From Lysobacterales bacterium (GTDB taxonomy: Bacteria > Pseudomonadota > Gammaproteobacteria > Xanthomonadales > SZUA-5), in the NCBI GenBank assembly GCA_020442775.1, contig JAGRJL010000025.1, forward strand, positions 1-46,180: DNA of 46,180 nucleotides, written 5' to 3'. The first letter of the stretch is position 1; the number at the start of each line of letters is the position of its first letter. Below the pieces are notes generated by a model. That model made no database searches. It was not told where the DNA came from and saw only the letters and a list, made by a program, of their open reading frames with translations. Below are positions 1 through 7,361 of this stretch, piece by piece. The position numbers were made by a program, and so were the translations under genes.

Positions 1-1
1 G

Positions 2-379
2 CGCCGGCCGAGCGCTCTGTCGGGTGGGCAGTGCCAGCGCGTAGCCCTGGCCAGGGCGCTGGTCGCCCAGCCGCAGCTATTGATCCTGGACGAATCGCTG
101 AGCGCGCTGGACCCACCGCTGAAGGTCGAGCTGATCGAGCAGCTGGAGCGATTGAGTACCGAGCTGGGCTTCGCGCTGCTGTTGATCACCCATGATTTCG
201 CCGAGGCCAGACGGCTATGCGCCCGCACCCTGATCATGGATGGCGGTCGGCTGGTGGAAGATGTCGATATGGCAACCGCAGCAAACGCGCCCGGGCACCC
301 CGCCACCGCAGCCCTGGTCGGCGCCTGGCGTGAGACCAGCGAGCGACTCGCGGCGTTGACTGCGGCACCTGAGTCCTAG
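2..379 (+). CDS. ABC transporter ATP-binding protein, C-terminal fragment (5' end outside window)
   Basis: The frame is open from the window edge. Translation from nt 2 reads RRPSALSGGQCQRVALARALVAQPQLLILDESLSALD, i.e. ABC signature LSGGQ, Walker B LLILDE and D-loop SALD. Stop at 377-379. Confidence 0.9.
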   Translation, partial: RRPSALSGGQCQRVALARALVAQPQLLILDESLSALDPPLKVELIEQLERLSTELGFALLLITHDFAEARRLCARTLIMDGGRLVEDVDMATAANAPGHPATAALVGAWRETSERLAALTAAPES

Positions 380-579
380 CCCGCACATTTCATGACTCTT
401 CTACTGCGGCCGCCGGAGAGCTGCGGTGGCGCGATCTGCTCCCTCCAATCGACTCGACGTACTGTTCAAGTACGCCTTCATCGATTTGCAGTCCGCGGAC
501 CGCATCACTGCAGCTCTCCGGCGCCCTCGCTACGAACACTCAGAAATATGCGGGCTTGCCCGCAGGGCCGGACCAAGTC

Positions 580-614
580 AAGAAAAGTCATCGGGCGCCG
601 CGAGGCGCCCGATG
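580..614 (-). terminator. Rho-independent terminator downstream of the 651..1466 gene
   Basis: Perfect 11-bp inverted repeat CATCGGGCGCC (589-599) / GGCGCCCGATG (604-614) around a GCGA loop. On the minus strand it is followed by ACTTTTCTT (588-580). It lies about 35 nt after the stop codon at 651-653. Confidence 0.7.
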
Positions 615-650
615 GGTGTTACTCAGCCCGCCACTCAGGCGGTTGCTGGA

Positions 651-1466
651 TCAGCTGCGCGGCCGTCCGATCTGGTCCCGATAGCGATATGGATAGGGAT
701 CCGGATCGGGCACGAAGCCGGGGAAGGCGCTCGGCCGCTGCGGGATCCCCGGTCGGTAGCGATAGGGATTGGGCATCAGGCCCATCGCGATCAGCCGCTG
801 CGGGTCGTCGTAGTACAGCCGCAGGATCTGTGACGGCCGGCTGGAGGCCCGCTCGAATTCCACGTAGCGGGCGCGATCACCCTCGCGTCGACCGTGGCCG
901 GTACCCAGCTCCTGGCGCCCGGCAAAGTCGTCTGCCTGGGTCGACGGTGCCGACTTGTCATAGCCACCCGGGTAGCCGGGCTCGGCCGCCGGACCGCGCG
1001 AGCGATAGTCTTCCAGGGCAATCGCCGGGCGGGTCCGTTCGGCGAACACGGCGACCCCGATCACCCCGACATTGTCCGGTCGCCCGGTTCGGGCCGCATA
1101 GCTGTCGGGCAGGGCGACAAACTCGAAGGCGGCCACATCACGCATGCTCTTGCGCCAGCCCTTGATCTCGGTGCTGGCCCATGGCTCCAGCACATAGCCG
1201 GATTGATCTGGACGGGCGGTGTCACCGGTGATCACGTTGACCCCGTCCACCGACACCACCGCCAGCACTCGCTGCGAGGAACGGTTGCGCAGGTTGATCG
1301 CGTAGCGGTGACCGGGGAGACCGGCAATCCAGCGCTCATCACCCTGGCGGTATTCGCGCAGGGTCTGACCAGTGTGGCGATCCACCACCTCCAGCTGAAC
1401 CTGGGCCTGTGCGACCGATGCGGCCGCGAACATCGAGATCACCAGCGATTGCAGCAGTCTTTTCAT
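651..1466 (-). CDS. Secreted hypothetical protein (271 aa) with Pro/Tyr/Arg-rich C-terminal tail
   Basis: From track ORF 651..1526. Start moved to ATG 1466 because MKRLLQSLVISMFAAASVAQA is a canonical Sec signal peptide. The C-terminus is low-complexity (PNPYRYRPGIP...PDPDPYPYRYRD). No family recognised by eye. Confidence 0.75.
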   Translation of the reverse strand: MKRLLQSLVISMFAAASVAQAQVQLEVVDRHTGQTLREYRQGDERWIAGLPGHRYAINLRNRSSQRVLAVVSVDGVNVITGDTARPDQSGYVLEPWASTEIKGWRKSMRDVAAFEFVALPDSYAARTGRPDNVGVIGVAVFAERTRPAIALEDYRSRGPAAEPGYPGGYDKSAPSTQADDFAGRQELGTGHGRREGDRARYVEFERASSRPSQILRLYYDDPQRLIAMGLMPNPYRYRPGIPQRPSAFPGFVPDPDPYPYRYRDQIGRPRS

Positions 1467-1736
1467 TTTCGTCTCCAGCTCCGTCGTCTGATTGACGACA
1501 ACACCTTTAACGGGCCGAGTGGGCAAAAGGGGTTGCTGAACGAAAATTTCTGCTTAGGTTCTGTTCAGTTAGTGGTGCATTGCGGACCCGCGACAGCGTG
1601 ATCGTCAAGCCGATCGACAAGGTAAGGTCGCCAGGGCGTCGCCGGTTTGCTACGCGCGGGTCGGCGACGCGAACGGACTCGTCACAGAGCGACAGAGCTG
1701 AGGTGCCAGGTGCTTCGGCACGAGGCGCATGGTCGA

Positions 1737-2042
1737 TTACTCGAACTGGTCGGCGAAAATGGGGTCGCCCAGATCTCCGCAGGCCGCGTCCGGCGCCTGG
1801 CGCTGCTTGATCGTGAAGCGATCCTGGCCAAATCTGGGGGGTGCGTTCGTGCGCAGCTCAGCGCTTAAGGCATAGCGCCCTTCGCCCGGGCGCAGCTGTG
1901 CATCGATGCGAAATCGCGCCGATCCGGTGTCTGCCTGGTCGGCCCAGGCATACGCACCGGGCAGCGTCAGCGCCAGCATGACCAGCCACCGCATGCCCAA
2001 CCGTGGACTGGAGTCTGCTGCCAGTGATCCCTGAGCGGCCAT
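1737..2042 (-). CDS. Small secreted hypothetical protein ending in IFADQFE
   Basis: ATG 2042 lies 2 nt after the TGA (2045-2047) of the upstream tail-fibre-like gene (TGAGCATG). Alternative start ATG 1994 gives MRWLVMLALTLPGAYA, a textbook signal peptide. The C-terminus is ...CGDLGDPIFADQFE. Confidence 0.6.
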   Translation of the reverse strand: MAAQGSLAADSSPRLGMRWLVMLALTLPGAYAWADQADTGSARFRIDAQLRPGEGRYALSAELRTNAPPRFGQDRFTIKQRQAPDAACGDLGDPIFADQFE

Positions 2043-2044
2043 GC

Positions 2045-3913
2045 TCAGCGCCCTCCCGGGGCAAGCATCGATTCCAGGCGTGCCAGTCTAGCCTCATTGC
2101 GCGCCGCCGCCTCGCGCAGCGCGGCGTTGTCGCCGGCCAGCTGCCGCAGCTGACCATCCAGCAGCTTGCGCTCGGCTTCCAGCCGCAGCGCCAGCTCCTG
2201 CACCGCGGCGATAGTCGTGATCAGTGCCGGATGGACATCGACCTGCTGGATCTCGTTGGCGGCGGTGCGCTCGGCGTTGGGCAGGTACTCGCCCGAACCC
2301 TGCACTGCCTCGGGGAAGACCCGCGCGAACTCCTGGGCGATGACGTTGTAATAGGTCTGGTCGGCGATACCGGGATGGGCGGCGCGATAGGCCGCCGTGT
2401 AGCGAAACGTCACCGGGCGCAGGCGCAGCAGTCGCGCCAGGGCGTCGTCGATCTCCTGGACCTCGGTCTTGATGCGGGCGTCGGAGTTGGCCAGCCAGCT
2501 GCCTGAGGTGGTCTTGGAGGCATTGCCCTCGACTTCCAGGGTGTTGGTCTGCGGGTCGCGCGCAATGCCCAATCGTGAACCGGTACCGGCATCCTCCACG
2601 CGCAGCAGCAGTTCGTCGCCGCCACTCTGCACTTCGAAGGCCGAACCCGCGCCGGCGGCGGGGCCGGCAATGCGCCAGCGCGTGACTGCGCCGGAGAATC
2701 CCAAGGCCAGGAAGTTGCTCGTTCCATCGTTCTTGCCGATGTTCACATGGGAGGGCAATGGCGTGTTGGTGTTGAGTCCGAAGCCGTTCGCCGCGCGAAC
2801 AAGAAACTGGTTGGGCCCGCTGGAGGTGAAAGCCGAACCGGATTGGTCCGACCAGACGAAGGTGCCTTCGTCACCCTCGGCTGTCGCCGTTGTTGTTACG
2901 GCGACGCAACCGCTGCCAACGGCGCCTGAACTGGTGCCCGGGCGGATCTTGGCGAGATGTCCGCCAGCCCAGGAAAAGGCGCCACCAGCGCAGTTCTGAG
3001 CGCCACTGGCGACGCTGAATACGCCGCTCGCGGTGTTGTCGGTGCCTCCGAGCACACTGCTGCCACTGCCGCTCGCCGTGTTCAAGAAGCCGCCTGACAC
3101 GCTTGAATCCGCCGCGACCGCGGTATTGAAAGCGCCACCACCGACCGAGCTGCGAGTCCCGGAGGCGAGATTGATCCGACCACCCGCGACGGTAGCGAAG
3201 GCACTATCTGTCGCGCTTCCGGCGCCGTCGCCAGATTGGTTGGCAAAGCCTCCACCGACGGTGCCATAGTGATCGGTCACGCTATTGGGTGCTTCGTTTG
3301 AGAACAGCGGATCACTGTTCCCAGAGGGCACACCACCGCCCGCAATGGTCGCCCCGCGCACCCCACTGGTGGCGAGGTTGGCGCTGCTGCCGGCGATGAC
3401 GTTGGCGGTGATCGGAATCGAGTTGAACAGTTCGGCGCTGGGTTCCAGGCGCAGGCTGGCGGCGTTGCGGGTACGCAACACCAGCGGCTGCGCATCGGTG
3501 GTGCCGAGGAAGTTGGTCGCCGGATTGCTGCCCGCATCCCCGGCCGTGCTCCAGCACTGCCCGATGGTGCCGCTGACCGCCTTGCTGCGGCCGGGGATCG
3601 CGCTGAAGTCGGTCCCGCCCTGTTCGCGCACCGCGGCTTCGATCCAGACGTCGTCGGTCTCGGCCAGCGGCAGCTCGACCTCGAGCCGGAACTGACCGTC
3701 GACGACCGGCACCGCGAAGAAGGTCGTAGGTGCCAGGACTATCGCGCCCAGGTGGCGTTCGCTGAAGGCGCCGACGCGCAGATCAAAGTGGCCGTTGGCC
3801 GGCTGACCGTAGTCATCCAGACGGCCTTCGTAGACGAAGGAGGCGGCCAGGGCCGGGCCTGCAGCGACGAACAGCATGGTGGAAGCGAGTGCGAGCTGAG
3901 GCGGTTGATACAT
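2045..3913 (-). CDS. Secreted tail-fibre-like protein with C-terminal peptidase S74 / intramolecular-chaperone autoprocessing domain (622 aa)
   Basis: From track ORF 2045..4039. Start set at ATG 3913 (MYQPPQLALASTMLFVAAGPALA, signal peptide). It contains FLGTTDAQPLVLRT and long Gly/Ser/Ala repeats (GG..N.ASG..S.V.GG) like fibre shafts. These are followed by NSDARIKTEV...LRPVTFRY...YNVIAQE...VDV, the hallmark of the endosialidase/tail-fibre chaperone domain, and then a terminal coiled coil. Confidence 0.85.
   Translation of the reverse strand: MYQPPQLALASTMLFVAAGPALAASFVYEGRLDDYGQPANGHFDLRVGAFSERHLGAIVLAPTTFFAVPVVDGQFRLEVELPLAETDDVWIEAAVREQGGTDFSAIPGRSKAVSGTIGQCWSTAGDAGSNPATNFLGTTDAQPLVLRTRNAASLRLEPSAELFNSIPITANVIAGSSANLATSGVRGATIAGGGVPSGNSDPLFSNEAPNSVTDHYGTVGGGFANQSGDGAGSATDSAFATVAGGRINLASGTRSSVGGGAFNTAVAADSSVSGGFLNTASGSGSSVLGGTDNTASGVFSVASGAQNCAGGAFSWAGGHLAKIRPGTSSGAVGSGCVAVTTTATAEGDEGTFVWSDQSGSAFTSSGPNQFLVRAANGFGLNTNTPLPSHVNIGKNDGTSNFLALGFSGAVTRWRIAGPAAGAGSAFEVQSGGDELLLRVEDAGTGSRLGIARDPQTNTLEVEGNASKTTSGSWLANSDARIKTEVQEIDDALARLLRLRPVTFRYTAAYRAAHPGIADQTYYNVIAQEFARVFPEAVQGSGEYLPNAERTAANEIQQVDVHPALITTIAAVQELALRLEAERKLLDGQLRQLAGDNAALREAAARNEARLARLESMLAPGGR
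2048..2485 (-). other. Peptidase S74 (intramolecular chaperone) domain; predicted self-cleavage at the Ser of SDARIK
   Basis: The Ser codon is at 2483-2485 (plus-strand gga). The 146 residues from SDARIKTEVQEIDD to the C-terminus carry the conserved S-D-x-R-x-K start and the downstream Lys context of S74 domains. Confidence 0.7.
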
Positions 3914-3999
3914 GGCGTCCTTGGTCTCCGGTTGGCGTTTGCCCGGCACGCTGTCGTGCAAGCGCCGGTTGCCGCTGATCATCGTTCGCTCAGGGCTGG

Positions 4000-4022
4000 C
4001 CGGGGTACCCCAAAACTTGGGT
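4000..4022 (-). promoter_or_regulatory. Dyad box copy 1, about 86 nt upstream of the tail-fibre-like gene
   Basis: The minus strand reads ACCCAAGTTTTGGGGTACCCCGG. It matches the copy at 6562-6584 at 21/23 positions and lies in non-coding DNA between 3913 and 4119. Confidence 0.55.
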
Positions 4023-4118
4023 GCCGTCGGTGGGTTCAAGCGCCGTCAGTGCGATGCGCTCCGGCTTCCGACTTGTTCAAGCCAGAAGGCTGAGATCACC
4101 GAGCGAACCGGCCTGGAC

Positions 4119-6500
4119 TCAGGGCAAACACTCCGGTCCCTCAAATCCATTGGCAAAGCGCTGGTCGCTCTGGCCGTCGAGAATCTCCACGTCGAGCTGG
4201 GCGAAGGGCAGCAGTGCCGCACCCATCACGTTGCTCAGGCTGACCCGGAAACGCTCTATCGGCTCGGGTAGCCCGTCTGCGGCAATTGGCACGTTGATCA
4301 GCTTGGCCGCGATGTCGCCTGGCGCCCACTGCAGCAGCTGATCGGGCGGCACCGTGTAGTCATCGCCTGGCGTGGCGCTGCCAGACGCGTGGGTGAAATC
4401 CACGCTGACGTCGGCCACCCCGCCGCTGGGACGCTCGACCCGGATCTGCGCGGTCTGCCCCTCCACCACGTTCTGGCGGCAGCGGGTAAAGCCGATTTGC
4501 TCCGGACCGGGTGCGGTCACCTCGTGCGGTTGGGTGATCACCACATCCTCCCCGGCGGCGCTGCCGAAGGCCCCCTGCAGGGTGCGGTAGCTGATGGTTA
4601 GCGTGCGGTTGCCGATCTGCACCGGCACCATTTGGCAACTGCCGCTGCTAGTGTTGGCAGTCATGGTTGGTGCCAGGGTCATGCTGCAGGTGGTCGGTGG
4701 CGAGGTGTTCATCGACACATCGACCACGCCATTGGGCTTGAACGGCCCGCTGGTGGCCAGCGCGGTGACCTCGATGGTGAAGGGCAGGCCGGCTGGATGT
4801 GGATCGGGCGTATCGACGGCGCTCAACGTGACCGTGTCGAAACTGAACTCACTGCTGCGGCCTTCGGCGTCGGTGGCGATGGCCACGATCACATCGTTGT
4901 TGCTCAGGGTGACACCGGGCGGAATGCTCAGCGTGACCGCCTTGTCCTGCTGCGCGTTCACCGAGGTGTAGACATCGCTGTCGAGCAGCACTTCGCCCTC
5001 GTCACCGAATGCCTTGTAGAAGTCCACGCGCAGTGGAAAAACGCTGTTGGCCGGGTCGGAATCGACCCGGTAGGTGACGCTGAACTGATTGACGTTGACG
5101 CTGTAGGCGGCGATGGTCGGGAAGTTCTGCAGATTGTTGGGCCCCACATCCGCATCGTCGGCATCGTTCGGAGTGCGCCCCAGCACCTGGTTGTTGCCGC
5201 CGTCAAGGGTCGGCAGATCCAGGCCGATGCCGTCGTTGCCGAGCATGCGGTTGCCGACGAATTCGATGAAAGTGGGCGCATTGCGGTCGAGCACATACAC
5301 CGCAGAACCGAGCGAAGTTGCCGTAGAGGAACGGCGCAAGCCACCGGCGAAGGTGTTGCCCTCGCCCGGAGCGAATCCGCCGATCAGCAGCCGCGCCTGG
5401 CGGCCACTGCCGGCCAGGACGACCCGGATATGGTCCTTCTCCACGCCGACCACGGAGCCGTCCACGCCGAGGCCAAAGACGTTGCCCTGGATCAAGGCGA
5501 AGTCGTCCATCACGCGACTGACCGAGACCTCCAGGGCGCTGCCGAAGTCGGCACTGCTGCGTTGCGCGCGCGCGAAGCGATTGTCCAGGATGCGCGTATC
5601 GGGGGTCTGGAAGGCGTCGTCACCGGGGTCGACAGCGAAGGGGTCGCGCATCGGCAAGGCGGTGATGCCATCGGGCGCCAACCCGATCAGATTGCCCTGC
5701 AGAATCAGCTGCCCGCGCTGGCCGGAACTGCTCCTGGCTCGTAGTCTGTTGGTGCCGCCGAAGGGCAGCCCGGCCCCATTGCGACCGCCGCCTGCAATGA
5801 CGTTGCGGTCGGACGGATCGGGGCCGCCCACGCGGACCGAGCGCATGCTCAAGCCACTCAGATCCAGCGCGCTGCAGGGCGGGCCGAAGTCCGGCGACTG
5901 ACCGAGTGCGTCGACGCAGAACCAGTTGCCACGGTGGTCATGGGCGAAGCCACCGGTGACGATGGCTGAAGTCGGCAGCGTGATGGCCAGACCGCGCAGA
6001 CTGAAGGGGCTGGCGCTGCTGCTGGTCAGGTTGAACAGAGCCAGACCGAAGTTGACAAAACCGGCGCTGACGATCTCGATCTTCAGCTGGGCGTTGTTGG
6101 CGCCTGGAGCGGGAATGCTGTTCGGCTGGGCGCCCGGTTGGGTATAGCCGTCGATGGTCAATCCCTGAGAGATCTGCAGCGTGCTGGCCACCTCGATACG
6201 GCAAATGCCGGTGACCGCGCTGCAGCCCGGCTCGCTGGTCGGGATGTTGAACTCAATGATGTCGGGGCCGGCCAGACCGTTGCTCGCGCTGATAGCCCCG
6301 CGCAGGGAGCAGTCGGCCGCAGCGGCAGTACAGGCGCTGAGGTTGAGCAGGTCCGAAGTGGTGTCGACGGTCAGCGTGGCGGCTGGGGTTGCGCTCGCAA
6401 GCATGATGCCAAGCACGACTGCACCAGCGGCCCTCTGTACGGACATTTGCCGAGGCCTCGACAACGCTCCCTGAAGCGAGCTGATGGATTTTCGGTTCAT
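4119..6500 (-). CDS. Secreted CSLREA-domain / parallel beta-helix protein with C-terminal Calx-beta domain (793 aa)
   Basis: From track ORF 4119..6575. Start set at ATG 6500 (MNRKSISS...VVLGIMLASATPAA signal region; ATG 6446 is also possible). The N-terminus TLTVDTTSD...CSLRGAISASN...IIEFNIP matches the CSLREA motif family. The C-terminus VDFTHASGSATPGDDYTV...INVPIAADGLPEPIERFRVSLS is Calx-beta. The protein ends in RFANGFEGPECLP. Confidence 0.85.
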   Translation of the reverse strand: MNRKSISSLQGALSRPRQMSVQRAAGAVVLGIMLASATPAATLTVDTTSDLLNLSACTAAAADCSLRGAISASNGLAGPDIIEFNIPTSEPGCSAVTGICRIEVASTLQISQGLTIDGYTQPGAQPNSIPAPGANNAQLKIEIVSAGFVNFGLALFNLTSSSASPFSLRGLAITLPTSAIVTGGFAHDHRGNWFCVDALGQSPDFGPPCSALDLSGLSMRSVRVGGPDPSDRNVIAGGGRNGAGLPFGGTNRLRARSSSGQRGQLILQGNLIGLAPDGITALPMRDPFAVDPGDDAFQTPDTRILDNRFARAQRSSADFGSALEVSVSRVMDDFALIQGNVFGLGVDGSVVGVEKDHIRVVLAGSGRQARLLIGGFAPGEGNTFAGGLRRSSTATSLGSAVYVLDRNAPTFIEFVGNRMLGNDGIGLDLPTLDGGNNQVLGRTPNDADDADVGPNNLQNFPTIAAYSVNVNQFSVTYRVDSDPANSVFPLRVDFYKAFGDEGEVLLDSDVYTSVNAQQDKAVTLSIPPGVTLSNNDVIVAIATDAEGRSSEFSFDTVTLSAVDTPDPHPAGLPFTIEVTALATSGPFKPNGVVDVSMNTSPPTTCSMTLAPTMTANTSSGSCQMVPVQIGNRTLTISYRTLQGAFGSAAGEDVVITQPHEVTAPGPEQIGFTRCRQNVVEGQTAQIRVERPSGGVADVSVDFTHASGSATPGDDYTVPPDQLLQWAPGDIAAKLINVPIAADGLPEPIERFRVSLSNVMGAALLPFAQLDVEILDGQSDQRFANGFEGPECLP

Positions 6501-6561
6501 TGTTCGAATCCTCGCGGCGCCGATGCCAGCAGATGCGCAATGCTGGGTTAGGCGACGGAGT

Positions 6562-6613
6562 CCGCGGTACCCCAAAACTGGGGTGTCGAACCCCTGGATT
6601 GGGGTATCCGCGG
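6562..6613. promoter_or_regulatory. Head-to-head double copy of the dyad box in the divergent promoter region (CSLREA gene / response-regulator operon)
   Basis: CCGCGGTACCCCAAAACTGGGGT (6562-6584), spacer GTCGA, then ACCCCTGGATTGGGGTATCCGCGG (6590-6613). Read toward its own gene, each copy is ACCCC-N6-GGGGTA(T)CCGCGG. Confidence 0.55.
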
Positions 6614-6661
6614 CACCGTCTGTGGGCGCACCATAGCGACGGCGCAGGAGCGGAGGGCTCC

Positions 6662-7339
6662 ATGGAGAGCGGTGTGACTGTGGCAGCGAATTCGGTGGGT
6701 GTGGTGGTGGTGGAAGACGAGCCGGGGACGCGCGAACGGCTGGCCTCGATCATTGCCGCGCAGACCGGCTTTCATCTGCTCGGCGCGGTCGGCTCCCTGA
6801 CTGCGGCGCGTCAGTTGCTGCAGCAAATCGAGCCCGATGTGGTGCTGCTTGATCTGGGACTCCCCGATGGCAGCGGGTTGGCATTGCTGGAGGACAAGCG
6901 CCGTCAGGGCCTGGTGTTCGAGGTGCTGGTGATCTCGGTACTGGGTGATGAGCGCAGCGTGCTGGCGGCGATTGAAGCCGGCGCCGGGGGCTACTTGCTC
7001 AAGGACGCTGACAACGCCGCGGTGGCTCGCGCAATCGTGCAGCTACGCGAGGGCGGTGCACCCTTGAGCCCGACCATTGCAGTCCACCTGATGCGCAGGC
7101 TGCAGGCGCCGGTTGGTCGCACGTCCGAGTCCGAGTCTCTGGGCCTGAGCCCGCGTGAGCTGGAACTGCTGCGCCTGATCGCCAAGGGCCTGTCCTACGA
7201 GGAGGTCGCTCAGGTGTTGGGTCTGCGCTACAACACCATCACCTCCTACGCCAAGGAGCTCTATCGCAAGCTGCAGGTGCATTCCCGCGCGGAAGCGGTT
7301 TTCGAGGCACAGCAGCTGGGGCTGGTCGGGGATCGATGA
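6662..7339 (+). CDS. NarL/FixJ (LuxR-type HTH) response regulator (225 aa)
   Basis: ATG 6662 is preceded by GGAGCGGAGGG. Receiver motifs: VVVVEDEPG...VVLLDLGLPDGSG. C-terminal LuxR HTH: LSPRELELLRLIAKGLSYEEVAQVLGLRYNTITSYAKELYRKL. Confidence 0.9.
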   Translation: MESGVTVAANSVGVVVVEDEPGTRERLASIIAAQTGFHLLGAVGSLTAARQLLQQIEPDVVLLDLGLPDGSGLALLEDKRRQGLVFEVLVISVLGDERSVLAAIEAGAGGYLLKDADNAAVARAIVQLREGGAPLSPTIAVHLMRRLQAPVGRTSESESLGLSPRELELLRLIAKGLSYEEVAQVLGLRYNTITSYAKELYRKLQVHSRAEAVFEAQQLGLVGDR

Positions 7340-7361
7340 AGTTCGGGATGAGGGTGCGCAC

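Noticed and set aside
392-1165. ORFs 392..1165 and 426..833 in the region after the ABC ATPase gene.
   Set aside because: Their composition is low-complexity and Arg/Ser/Pro-rich, and they overlap the well-supported minus-strand secreted-protein gene and its terminator. No motifs were found.
1737-6575. Possible prophage, tailocin or contractile-injection locus, suggested by the tail-fibre/S74 protein.
   Set aside because: Only one phage-like gene is present. There are no sheath, tube, baseplate, capsid, terminase, lysis or integrase genes, and the protein has a Sec signal peptide. It is treated as a domesticated secreted fibre instead (see findings).
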